The translations under genes were made by a program, and so were the position numbers. 64,000 bases of DNA from Mytilus edulis. Lineage: Eukaryota. This document shows, piece after piece, positions 22,301 to 34,406 of this stretch (positions within the stretch are counted from its first letter, which is position 1; every line of letters starts with the position of its first letter). The notes below the pieces were generated by a model. It had not been told where the DNA came from. It saw nothing but the letters and a program-made list of their open reading frames with translations, and did no database searches. The stretch is taken from the NCBI RefSeq assembly GCF_963676685.1, contig NC_092355.1, positions 14,260,001 to 14,324,000 on the forward strand. The letters run 5' to 3'.

Positions 22301-25300
22301 ATAAATTTAATTGAACTGATTCAGTCAATGTTTTTCATTTGATTAGTCTATCCATAAGCATTTTTCAGTTGGATACAAATTAAAATTCTGGTATTTAAAA
22401 GCTATTAAAATATTTTATGGGATTAATTAAACAATATATATATTGACTTAAAACTATCATTAAAATATGTTTATACATGTACATCATCCTAAGTATATAA
22501 TGAAAGGCAACATATCTATATTAAAATTCACTAGGGCATGAAATGGAAACCTTTTAAATCTCCAATTATGGCCATTTGAAATAGGAAGACTTGATTAAAA
22601 GTTAAACCAATAAAATAATATGGATACATTTGTTGACTTACTTCAGGTGAAGTCAATGTAAACATTTTTTGTCTATATTTGATGATTAAGAAGTTGCTAG
22701 GGACATTAATGATCAAAAAGTAAGTTATGTTTGAACAATATATCATTTTATTTTATCTAAATAAGGACTAATTAATATTCTTTTGCTGTGCATGAAATTA
22801 TCTCAAATTCTATATTATGTACATGTATATGCTACAGACTTTAAGGTGAACAAATAGTAAATGGTCTTTATTCGCACTGAATGACAGTTAAACATTTTCT
22901 GTACATAAAATTACCTCATAAATCCTAGATTGGGTTTTATCAATTTTCGTCAGTTTGTCAATGTGGTTGCCATGTTAACAAAGTGAAAAGGGAAAAATAG
23001 GGAGTTTATGTAATTGTTAACCCAGATACATGTTTATATAAATAATGGGCAGATGGAGCATTTAAGACTGTCAGGATTATAGGCCTTTATTTTTGTAGGA
23101 TGTAGGATATCAGAACTTGACTTATTTATTTCGGTATCAAGGAAAGAATGGCTTATTTTTTATTCAGTGTTTATTTGCTGTGAATTCAGGATGACATCTT
23201 CTCCTACCCCATCCATCTTAAATATCAGCATGTTGTCATTCAGTAGCTTGAAATCAAACAGTCGGTGACCAATGAATTATTCAAATCTTAAAAATAGCAA
23301 AAATTAGCATTTTTGATGGGCACCCATATGAAACGTATCCATCCATAAAGATGATTTAACAAGTTTTTCAAGACATGAAAGAATTGGTAGATTGAAAATA
23401 CAAGGTATAATTAAGACCTGTGATTTTGGCATCAAAATTTTATAATTTAAAGTAACTAACACTTCAGAGAGTCAACTCCTTTTACACCTTTTACCTGAAG
23501 CTAATATCAGTGGTCTTACATAAATCCATCTTTTCTTCTAGAATACAACAAAAGTGTACATATAAGAATTCATAAATCTGTTTTGTATGTTTGTATTATA
23601 AAGCTTAAATTGTATCTTTTTAGTGGCTACAAAAAGAGTATCAGAATTGGCACAACACAGAGTACCTCACCAGTATAAACATGATAGGTAACTAACATAA
23701 TATATGGTAGAATAGATTTAAGCTTGGGGTAAAAAAGTATAATTCTGTTTCTTGCATCGATGACATACTCCAAATTGTCATATAAACCCTTACTAATTTA
23801 TGAAACATTTACATTTGTAGGTAAACACTGTTTAAGTGCAAAACATATCACTCTATAGTTGATAACATTTCCTTTATCAAAATAATTATACATACATTCC
23901 TGCCTTAAGGTGGTACCTAACACTTTAACTAAAATTAAATTGGCTCGTTTAATTTTCTTAAAATTTTGACAAAGTATTTACTTTGACCTTTTAACAAAAA
24001 TATAAAAATTTCAATAATTTTGAACCAACTGTTTTGTCAGAAAAATTACACTGGTTATATAACAGTTTGACAAACACCAATTTTGATCATTGAGAAGCTT
24101 AATATTCCCTTTACAACACAATGTAATTAAAACGTTAAGCTGATTTTACAGAGTTATCTCCCTGTAGTGTTAGGTACCACCTTAAGTGCAAAACATATCA
24201 CTCTATAGTGGATACCATTTCCTTTATCAAAATAATTATACATACATTCCTGCCTTAATTTTGAATAGGTGTAATACCACCATTGATTTTCCCCTATTAG
24301 TCTTTGTTAAATTTGCACTGTTCAAAAAAATGTGCAGAATTTATCCTTGTTTCAAATAAAGAAATACTTGGCATGAGTAAAGTTTTATCCTGTCTAGTTC
24401 TATAGAAAAAAATTCACATAACATTTCATTGCATATAAGAATATAACCATCATTGGAAGTTAACCAATCAAATTTCTCCCCTTATTTTATCTGTGTACAA
24501 GGTTTAGTCACCATGTAACCTCAAGATTACAAAATTTTCTATAGAAATCCCAAATAAAAAATAATGGTGTTTTGAAATACCCAAGACATATGTTTATGAC
24601 ACAGAAATGGTTTTACTGCAATAAAACGTAGGATTAATTACCTACAACTGTCAAATTCTAGGGAATATTTTTTTCGACCTACTTTGGTATACAACCGGAT
24701 GTGACGTACCATGATTTGGTGGTATTACACCTTGACCATGACTATGATGAGCCAATAAATACACTCATTATAAATACTCATGGTCAAATTTTAAACAGTA
24801 GGCAAATGTTTTATTTACAAAGGACTAGTAAGTTACATTCAAAATCAAATCAAAAAGGTTAAAATGGCAAAAAAAAATATGAAGTTGAAGAGCACATCAG
24901 ACTCCAAAGTCCAAAAACCTTTTGCCAAATACAGCTAATAATACCACAGTTGTGGTAAAAATCTGTGCCATCAAGAGTTGTTTGACTATTATAAAATATC
25001 TTTCACAGATGACACTTGGTTACTGTTTATTTTAATCAGAGTTAAGATTACAATTCTGAATACTCCCTTTCCATTGTCAGAACATTTTATATCTATATTT
25101 CAAAAAAGCACAACAACAAAAAACCTGATTAAGTGTTCTTACCTTTGCTAAAAAAATATACTATATTTTCCTGTAAACAATTGTTGGTAAACTGTGTAGG
25201 TGTAACATGACATTTTTATATCCACACTGGTTAATTCATAGATGTTAAAATAAAGAAAACAAATCCCTTTAAAGAAATAGATGATATTATTTTTTTTCTC

Positions 25301-25859
25301 GTATTTCAGACCATCACCAATATGGCCAGTCAGACAGACAGCATTAGAACAAGAAGCCTCCGAGAGAATTAACCAGTTATCCATGCATAAAAATGCTCAT
25401 CCACAGCATGCTTATGACAGGACAGCCTATATTGAAGTGTCACCAGGAGCCAAGAGGGCAGCATCAACCGAACGCATAGAAATGCTTAGCCGACCAAAGA
25501 TGCGACAAGATCGTTTCGGTATGGATGAGACAGAATGGGGTCAGTATTTTCCCGTATCCGATGCAGCCAAAAAAGCAACAGCATCTGGAAGGATTGAAAG
25601 TTTAGCGGAATCTAAAAGATATCATGCAATGTTTCAGAACGAGAAACCAGTTCAATGGCCTGTTGATGATGGGGCCATGAAAGCAATTGCTAGCCTTGAA
25701 ATACAAAAATTAGCTCGTCCCCGGAGTCGTACTATGATTAAAGACGATTATGATCCTTATAAAGTTCCCATGGCTGCTAGACGAGCTAGGGCAACACCCA
25801 GGCTTGACGAACTTTGTGTACCTCTGCCAAGAAAATCTAGAGCGAAGAAAGCTGCTTAA
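16336..25859 (+). CDS. THEG-repeat protein (testicular haploid expressed gene-like / SPMAP2-like), 5 coding exons, 253 aa
   Basis: Exons 16336-16354, 16443-16506, 19975-20039, 23624-23687, 25310-25859. All introns GT-AG, phases join in frame (762 nt). Repeated W.V...A....S.RI..LA.PK motifs typical of THEG repeats. CCAAT at ~16273. Confidence 0.85.
16443..16506 (+). CDS. THEG-like exon 2
   Basis: ttttag|...ERRIETLAKPKRVPSEFQDD...|gtaaga. Confidence 0.85.
16969..17116. mobile_element. Small MITE with internal (ATCCCGA)-like repeats
   Basis: G-rich/C-rich imperfect termini flanked by the direct repeat CATACTTA. Confidence 0.4.
17335..17410 (+). pseudogene. tRNA-derived sequence (pseudo-tRNA or SINE head)
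   Basis: CGTGATCGTATAGTGGT matches the tRNA-His-like 5' end/A box. Degenerate B box GAGTTCCAGCC; closing CACG. Confidence 0.3.
17555..17930 (-). mobile_element. Repeat family B (SINE-like/non-autonomous retroelement) carrying a damaged twister-like motif at 17798-17904
   Basis: Abundant family: fragments at 21030, 29065, 42925, 43560, 49695, 51490, 63115, 63590. Core AGGG-GA-GGG..AACAUGUU-UAA-CCCC-GCC..G-CCUG-UCCC(uugg)AAGU-CAGG-A. Confidence 0.75.
18115..18290 (-). mobile_element. LINE ORF2 3'-end remnant
   Basis: DLYSDARDKLF...LL...N..I...AEYIEETNCF, a typical non-LTR ORF2 C-terminal pattern. Confidence 0.45.
19975..20039 (+). CDS. THEG-like exon 3
   Basis: tttcag|RSVYWIESNPPTPGPNGVTVI|gtaagc. 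Confidence 0.85.
20655..20886 (-). mobile_element. HINE/pearl-like element, diverged copy of 45175-45476
   Basis: Reverse-complement similarity to 45175-45476. A partial copy also lies at 22085-22230. Confidence 0.65.
21611..21710. repeat. Perfect 50-bp tandem duplication
   Basis: 21611-21660 is identical to 21661-21710. Confidence 0.95.
22966..22979. promoter_or_regulatory. Candidate RFX X-box in THEG-like intron 3
   Basis: GTTGCCATGTTAAC versus consensus GTTNCCATGGNAAC; fits a flagellar/ciliary gene. Confidence 0.35.
23624..23687 (+). CDS. THEG-like exon 4
   Basis: ttttag|VATKRVSELAQHRVPHQYKHD|gtaact. Confidence 0.85.
23909..24181. mobile_element. Kolobok-like MITE flanked by a 77-bp direct duplication
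   Basis: TTAA|GGTGGTACCTAACACT...AGTGTTAGGTACCACC|TTAA; 23832-23908 is repeated at 24182-24258. Confidence 0.85.
24268..24731. mobile_element. MITE with GGTGTAATACCACCA TIRs (Kolobok-like)
   Basis: Perfect 15-16-bp terminal inverted repeat; TSD degenerate. Confidence 0.7.
25310..25859 (+). CDS. THEG-like exon 5 (terminal)
   Basis: tttcag|PSPIWPVRQTALEQEASERINQLS...KKAA*. Confidence 0.9.
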
Positions 25860-26803
25860 TTTTAGCTAGTTTTTAATCAAAATGTTTTTTTTCTAATCAT
25901 CTTGTAAGAATGAAGTCATTAGTTCATAATGTGCATTTATTTATTTTTTAAGTGTTAGAACAAGTGTGAAGCTTATAAAGTAAGCCAGTTATTGGTGAAA
26001 TTTGGCATATATTTCTCATGATGAGTTGTACTTAATTTTCATCTTATTACATGTAAATGTTAATTTTGTTATGTTTATGGTGCCAGTTTCAACAAGTTAT
26101 GAAGAAGTTGTTTTGGCTAGGATACACAATTTGTGTATTTATTAATGTATATATTATGTTATTGGAAGGTTTACATCCTGACTTATACATAACAGAAAAT
26201 TCATGAAAACCAATGTTTGATGCATATATATGACAAGTAATATTTCATCTACAGTAAGAGTTGAATTTAATTATCAGTTATATATAATTTGTTTTTTAAG
26301 AATGTTTATTTATTTGTCAAAAAATTTATATTGCATTGTTAAAAACAGCATGAACTTTATATTATTAAAAGCATTCATATTTTGCCAAATTTTCAATAAG
26401 TATTTGTAATCATTGAAAGTGTAAAATGCTGGAAACGTATAAAAATATTTCTAGGCTATAATTTGCACTCTCAATATAATCAGTGAAGAGCTTTAAAAAT
26501 GAAGGGGGAGATTTCCAGCATAAAAGAAAGCTAAAAAATTATCATATGTTATAATGTTCTCTTATGAAGTATAAGTGAACCTTTGTTGCTATTTTAGTAT
26601 TTTGTTTGATTTTCTGTTCAAAGTGGTATGTTTTTGATAAATTTTCAACTTATCTAACTTGTTAGAGATACTGGTTATTTTAAGATCAAAACTGCAACTG
26701 TTGGTGCTTTTACATGGAAAGATTTTACAGTTTTATAATAAAAAAAAGCATTTACTATTTAAAGTAGTTATAGTCCTTAGTCATCTTGCATTTAATGCAG
26801 TTT

Positions 26804-27056
26804 AAGATATGTTATTATTACGGCTATTTTCCTAATGCATGTAGTTTAAAGGTTTGGTTGGCTTGCTTGTTTTGCTTGTTTAAATGTTTGCTCAAGTATT
26901 CAAGAATATTATCCATACAAGCTGAAGCTTAACATATCTGTGGATATTGCAACTGTAAAACTACAATGTTTGAGCAAGCAGTTATAAAAATAAACCAAGC
27001 AAGTCAACTAAATCTTTAAACTACATGCATTAGGAATTAGCTGTAAAATATATCTT
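26804..27056 (+). other. ~250-nt fold-back structure downstream of the THEG-like stop
   Basis: Arms of ~95 nt; differences are mostly G.U-compatible on the + strand. Confidence 0.7.
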
Positions 27057-29639
27057 TGTATAGTAAACAGTATGTATACATATGAAACTTCTTGAGTTAA
27101 GAAAACAAATTATAGATAAGAAAATGTGTAGAAACTTTAAGCATAATAAGATTTTATTGTAAACTCGTTTGTTTATTTATTATATTTAAGTTTAATATTA
27201 GGGTAAACAAAATGATTGTATTATCTTTTTTTAATGTATTTAACTTTCAGATTTTACCAATTTGATGATGCATACAACATAATATACCAAAACATAATTT
27301 TATTGACATTTTAAACTATTGTCATTTAAATATATAGACGAATTTTCTTGTCTTTTAAACTTTTCGTATTTCGACAATTCACAAGAAAATAAGGCCAACC
27401 AAACTTATATGATAAACAAAAAAGAAATTTTGCTATACAATAAAAGTATTAACCATGTTTATTATGTAAAGTAGAAAAATCTTTTTAAATATCTTAATTT
27501 GCAGTGATTTGGTGTGCTATCGGTTAACCTGAGACTTGCTCAAAGTTTGTACATAACATTTCTTTATTTAGAATCTTAACTTTCAAAACTATGTCAAAAT
27601 AACAAGTTATAATTTCATATTAATACATATTGATTTCTTCAAAATTTACACAGTTAAGAAAAATGTTGATTATAATATATATATTAGAAAATCAAAAAGT
27701 GTTAAAATGTGTGTGAATTTTAGATTTAATTATTTTATCTTACTGCCCATGTTTCTCAGTTTTTCAGTATTATTTGATTTTTTCTTGCCTTGTTATTTGC
27801 TATTGTTACTTTTTTGTAGAATGAATTTTAGATAGGCTGATTGTAGTGTTTTTATAGCGATGTTGATTGGTGCTCTCGCTTTTTGCAAACTATTCAAATG
27901 CAACTGGACTATTCTTTGCATAATTTAAATTAGTACTGTAATATCTTGGCAAGTTTGTGTGTAGGCTATCAACCTCATTTTGCATTTATTACTATTTAAA
28001 TTTTATTAGAAAAATTCTATAGGTATTATAAAAAACAAAAACTGATCGCTTCCTGTTTCTTTTTATTAATGTTTTATATAAAAATAAAAGTATGTATAGA
28101 AGAAAGTTTATATGTTTTTAGAGTTATATATTTTCTTTCAGTATTAAATATTTTGTTAAATGTTTGTTTATTATGTTATGTATTTGTAAATGAATTGTCT
28201 AACAAGATTTTGACCTTATGCATTTTCTTTTTGAAATTTATCAACATAATAAATAAAGAAGGTAAATTTTGCTTAATAGGCAAAAACTGCTTTATTTTTC
28301 AAGATTTCTAATCTGTCAGAGTAACCTCCCTTTTTTTTCCTATAAAGAGATGCATAAGGTCAAAATCTGTTCATCATTGGTGTTATATACATATTAGGTG
28401 TGAACCTCACAGTATTATCAATGCACACAGTATTATACATTATTTCTTTTTTTATAAAGTCTATTTCTATTATAGTTGTTTTGGATATTGAACATTTTTA
28501 TATGTGATAAATACTTTTTGTAGTTACTTTTACCACCAATTAAGATTTCTGAAAGTGACTTAATTTAATGTAGTAGCACAGAAGCTTTCAGTTTTCATTG
28601 CAATCCCAGATTCCTGTATATGCCCTGTGTAGATACTGAGTGTCACTAAACTGGTTCTAAAGATATTCCTACAATCTTGTATTTATTCCAGATTTAGGAT
28701 TTTTCTGCACCAGTATAGTTTCTTGTATGTTCCTCCATTATATGTGGAACACTACCCATAGGGCATAACTGTGATATTTTTCAATTTTTAAAGTGGTTAG
28801 AAGTTATTTTGGTGGTAAAATGTGAACTGCTAAATGACCTACACATATGTGATATTTGTTTTTACATGGAGAGAGATTTATCTTTAAGTATGTTTGTATA
28901 TGCTAAACTCAGAATAAAATGTAATGTTGACCTTAGTTTATTCATTATAGTCTGAATAGAATTATTGGAGATTGTATTTCATAATTTTTGCTGATTTTCA
29001 ATATTATTAACCTGTGTGAGCCTTGATGGCCAAGTGGTCTTAAACTATAAAAAAAAATAAAAAAAATTGGTATGATTTACAATGAGACGACACTACAGAA
29101 GACTGAAATTAACAACTATAGGTCACCGTACGACCTTCAACAAGGAGCAATGCCCATACCCCAGAGTCAGCTATAAAAGGCCCAGAAATGAATGATGTAA
29201 AACAATTCAAACAAGAACTAATGACCTAATTTAAGCATAAGTGAACTATATTTTCGGAGTTTGGAATGGTTGTAAGGGTCCATATGATCTTGACTGTTTC
29301 TCAGATATGAGAAGCAAGAACAATGTCACCTATATTTGGTGTGTGGAATGGTTGTAAGGTTTATATGGTAGGACTAACAACCTTGACCTCATTTTCATGG
29401 TTCAGGAGTAGATTTAAAGGCCTACTTATGAAAATTTCTTGATCTGCCACTGTGACTTATTGGACAACATCAAGGTTTTTGTGATTAGGACTGTTTCTCA
29501 GATACTACAAGTAAAAGTTCTAACAATATTTTGTATATAGAATATTAGGTTCACATGTGTGTCTGATAAATTGTATCTGAACTTACCCTCATTTTCATTG
29601 ATCAATGATCATGTGAGGTCCATATGAAACAGTCTACTC

Positions 29640-29865
29640 ACCATGACAGGTGCCACATGTGGAGCAGGATCTGCCTACACTTCCTAAGCATTTGAGATCA
29701 TCCCCAGTTTTTCATGGGATTTGTGTTGCTCAGTGTTAAAGCTTTCTAAATTGTGTTTTGTGTACTATAATTTGTCTGTTGGTCTGTTTATTTTTAGCCA
29801 TAGCGTTGTCAGTATATTTTCATCTTGTGAGTTTGAATCCCCTCTGGTATTTTTCAACTCTCTTT
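29640..29865 (+). mobile_element. Non-autonomous element sharing the structured tail of the PLE fragment at 934-1325 (another copy at 34985-35200)
   Basis: gacaggtgccacatgtggagcaggatctgc..acacttcc..agca..tgagatca.ccccagttttt. Confidence 0.6.
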
Positions 29866-31132
29866 TATAAAGACTTAAATATTTGATCTTGATCAGTCAT
29901 TGCAATAAAGCAGGCCAAATTTTCATACAACAGCTGCCTATGTACAATATACTGGTAAATGGTATATTTGATTAGAGGTTACTGTGGTAAACATATTTTC
30001 ATGGTTTTATTGAACCACAAATTTAAATGTTAAACGAAGTACACATTTTCAATAGATTGAAAGCAGCATTTACATGACCACTAAATAAAGTACCTAAGAA
30101 AATATTAATCGACAAACATCCAGGAAAATAAATGACTCCAGTTCATGTTTTGTTGGTTAAAGGTTATTGGGTTAATACACAACATTAAGATTTACTTTAA
30201 AAACATTTATTAAATAAAATACAGTCTTATTTTAAGACATTATTGTTTATATATGATACATAATTCACTGCAGAACCACAAGTGTAAAGGGACAGATTTT
30301 TCTCTTGTGATCTTGTCCCCCCTGAATGTTTATATTTCTATTTCTATTTAATATAAAGAGATGTGAAGTTTACTTAAATGAGACAGCAACCCTACAGACA
30401 ATGACATCTCAAGGATACCATTGTCATCCTCATTTAAATTACTTACGTGAGAGGTCACGTGTATCTTAAAACAACTTTCACTTAATTCTGGAGTAGGTTT
30501 TTTATGAGCCTAGGTGTTAAATTAAGCAATTTCACAGGCCTAATTACTGGTAACCTATTCTCAAACTTATTTGCTCTTATTTACATGAATGCACTAGTAC
30601 TCATTCTTGCAGTAATATACAGTACCATATGACCATAAATAATACCAAGATGTCAGTTTAGATAAAAAATTTAGAGAATGTAATTTGAGGTAGAGTTAGT
30701 TCCCTTTGTCTTTGTTTTAGATAACAACATGCACAAATTCCCTCATAAATCTATCAAATTCAACTCATTATACTATTAAACTGCTTGACCTAATAAAAAG
30801 TTGAATTTAACTTTTATGTATACCAAAAAGAAGAATATGTTATCTGATTTTCTTGTATCACATAGTCAAATAAGAAAATAATGTGAAACAAAATCAGGGG
30901 AAATAACTCCAAACTCAAATTACATCAATGGAAACTATCTACAACAACTGATATATTAAATTGGATGCAAATCTTAATGAAGGTTAATTTGGACATTAAC
31001 TTTAATTGATGCCAATTGACCACGAAATATGGTTGACATAAACTTCTGTTAGAAAGTGGGACTAATTACGATGTAATGTTTGAAGTGTGTAGGCCAAGCA
31101 GTTCTGCAGATGTGACTCTGGAGGCACAACTT

Positions 31133-32440
31133 ACTGTAAATTCAAAAATTACTACAATTTTGTCATTTTAGGCTAAAATGCAATTTTTATCTTTTTGATA
31201 TTGAGAAAAATCCTGTTTAGGCCAATTAAAATTAATTGATAGATTTTCATCCCCGCCCGCCCCTCTGAAATCGCCCCACCCCGAATTTTTTTATTTTATA
31301 AAATTTACGATTTCCGGATTTTGTTCATTCCCGTTACCGGTAACCGTTAAAATTTTGTTTCATTCAATGCTTCCTGTTTCAAATTTCGGTTTGGTACCTC
31401 GAGTAAATCTAACCAAAATGATTAAGTCGACCTTTCCGCTGCTCTATGATGATAACATCACCTTCCGAGAGTAAAGATTGATAACGAGAATGACATGAAA
31501 TATTGGTGTTACGAGAAAAACGCCGTTTCCAATACTGCAAATCGCGGTATGTCACAAATTTCTGTGATTAGAAAACTGCGGACTTTTTTATTTATGCAAT
31601 GACTTTGTCTCAGGAAATTTAAACTGTAAATGATACCCAAAGCACAAGATTCGTGGAAACCATTGATACAGAAAACATTAAAGATATTGAAACACAAGCA
31701 CGAACTTGTCAGAATTATGACCGTTTATTGAATTTAAAAAGTCGACTAACATACTCATTTTATTTATGCAAGCTCTTCGATTTTACCCATGGCTGTCTTT
31801 TTATGTTGACAAACAGCAAATGTCCCAATACACCCAAAAAGACTCATTAAACAACAACTTTTTTTTATTATTAAGTTCATGTTTTACATGATAATTATAT
31901 TTTCATCTTGCATATAAAGTACCAACTCTATTATTTTCAACACTCTCTGAGTTTTCATTTTATTCTGTACTCATAATAATTGTGTTGCATACCAATGCAT
32001 TTGCTTCATTTTATGGTAATACAAACCATTGTTTAGAAACCAAAATACATTTTGTGTAGGTACATGTAGTCTAACTGAAGAGAGTATTTCTCACACGTTT
32101 TTGTTGTTAAGTTTTTAAAGCCGTAATTAGATATATTTATTTAAGGATTTGAAATATTATGTAAGATTCCTCATACTTGTGTATACCACTGTACATGATA
32201 TAAGCTTATTATTACACTTGCATATATGAAGAACTCGTCACAAAAGGGTTTCATATGAAATAAAATTTAAAAAATAAAACCCTCCCACCCGCCCCATTAT
32301 TTTCAAAAATTTGGATGAAAATCTACTAATTAATTTTAGTTGGCCTTAATTCAAATTAAAAAAAAATAAAAATTTTGAGATAATAACTGTTGCATTTTTC
32401 GCAATAATAAAAACATCGCAATAATTTTTAAATTTACAAA
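31133..32440. mobile_element. TACTGTAAATT-ended MITE interrupted by a nested Kolobok-like element
   Basis: tactgtaaattc... and ...aaatttaca ends, split at a TTAA-like site by 31220-32345. Confidence 0.5.
31220..32345. mobile_element. Kolobok-like non-autonomous DNA transposon
   Basis: ~33-bp TIR GGCCAATTAAAATTAATTGATAGATTTTCATCC / GGATGAAAATCTACTAATTAATTTTAGTTGGCC; flanks TTTA and TTAA. Confidence 0.8.
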
Positions 32441-34226
32441 AGTGTTGTTTGTACTCCAATAATTCTCAATCAACTTTGTTAAGGCAAACTAGAAATAATT
32501 TTTATTTAAATCTATAATCATAATGTTAAAACATTAATTACTGATTTATTTTTCTTTAAATGCATATTCATTTCCACAATTGTGCATTGAAAACAAATAA
32601 AGGTGTATTTTGAACTGAAATGCAGAATTATTATACTATGATATGTGCTGCGTTTGATAGATAGAAATTGACCTCGAAATCTGTTAACCTATTTTGGGTT
32701 GAAAAATTCTCTATGGTAAGTCTGTGACTGTTTGTAAATCAGTTGTTAAAGAACCCAAAAAACAAACTTAAATTCATCTTTTATTTTATAATTACATGTT
32801 TCAAATTCAACCCAAGTCTTAAACGTGTACATGTATATGTGCATTTCGTCCATTTCTATCCAACGCTGCTCACATTATAAAACATGGACTTACTTTCCTG
32901 CAAAAAAATGTTCTTCCAACAGAAAAGAACAAAAATAATATGTTACCAAAAAAGCATAAAAAACAATTTATAATTAAGCACAAAATTCATTATTAATTTA
33001 TTTGGTAAGATATTTCCAAAATCTCAACCAAAAATCTAACAAACTGATATTTATAAAGCGATCATAGCAACAGATATTTTAAAGCAAACAATATGTGGGT
33101 ACTGTGGATTCCTTATTATTCCTGGGAAAATATTGTTTATGGATTTTTGTGTGCCATAGGTCGACCACAAATTTAGATGTTCAATGCAAACAAATTGTCT
33201 GTAGAATTCTATGCAAACTAAGTTAAACAAAGAATGAAATATTCATCAAAAATACCATTTGTCCTGAATCCACAAATATAATTTGCCGTTTCAGAATCTA
33301 ATGCATCCTGGGTAATATTTTCAAAAGTGTACACCAAAATGTTGTGATTGGTTAAAGATGTCATAAACAATAGAAATTCAACCAAAAACGTGACGTTTTC
33401 TTCATTTTGATGAACGAACAATGAAATTACCCATGGTTCTTTGAATCTGAAACAGCCAATAGAAGCCACAGTCCTTCAGATATGATAGAAAAATGAAAAT
33501 GTTTAAAAGTACAACCTTTAAATCTAAAAGATGATAAAACACAAGTGTTACCATTTATATTTAGTGGAGTTTTGAGTGTAATAATATTCTAAAGAACAGA
33601 ACAGGATTTCATGTGCATTCATTATTATTCGTTGGATACCAATTTTCATGTGAACCACAAATTCAAATATTAAACGAAGAAAAAAATGTCTATAAAAATT
33701 GTATGCAGAGATTGGCAAAACAAATATCCCAAGAAAATGAAAGTTTTCCTAAATCCACATGATTGATACCCACAAAAATAAATGAATCCACATTACTTTA
33801 TATTTGCATTTTGTATTTTTTACCAATTCATATCATTTATGAAAGATAATAAATGAATGACTGATGAACACACATTTAAAAAAAAAAAAACTTTTGATTT
33901 CTTTTTAAGATTAAATTTCCCTTTTTTGGGGAGAAAAGCCCTTATTATAGAATAAATTCACATTACAAATCTGCATAACTACCAAATGTTCAGTTTCATA
34001 ATTTGTTTCAATAAGCTTGAGGCAATTTAAACACCGCTGCTTCCAAACTCAAACCTGATTCAAACAGAATATATTCTTTCAACATGTAACACAAACGAAA
34101 CTTTTTTTGTAATTCTAATCTTGTCAAGGTTACTCAAATAACTTATATATATGCACGTCTTCCAATTTCTGCAGATTCCTTTTGCACTTGAACATAAAAT
34201 TCAATTTCAATCTATTTTTTTCTAAT

Positions 34227-34406
34227 TTATGCTTCGTTATCTTGCACAAATAACATTTCATTTTTTCCAAGTCCTGCTTCAGCAAAAGTGGGAGGTTCAG
34301 GTTCACCGTCTTTAGGTTCACATGGTAGAGTCCGTCTTGGGAAATTTGTAACTATATGAAAGTCATCAGGACAATCTTCATGACAGAATGCAAAGTGATA
34401 TAAATC
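34227..34406 (-). CDS. FAF2: FAF2 exon 14 (UBX C-terminus, stop)
   Basis: DLYHFAFCHEDCPDDFHIVTNFPRRTLPC...MLFVQDNEA*. Confidence 0.93.
   Translation of the reverse strand, partial: DLYHFAFCHEDCPDDFHIVTNFPRRTLPCEPKDGEPEPPTFAEAGLGKNEMLFVQDNEA

Noticed and set aside
25281-25309. ATG start of the 192-aa ORF
   Set aside because: This is the polypyrimidine tract and acceptor of the last THEG-like exon.
29643-29697. AUGA...UGAG as a SECIS element
   Set aside because: No apical AA at the expected spacing and a short helix II; kept only as an unassigned structure.
34130-34321. 63-aa minus-strand ORF
   Set aside because: Alternative frame over FAF2 exon 14; the UBX-encoding frame ends at 34227.
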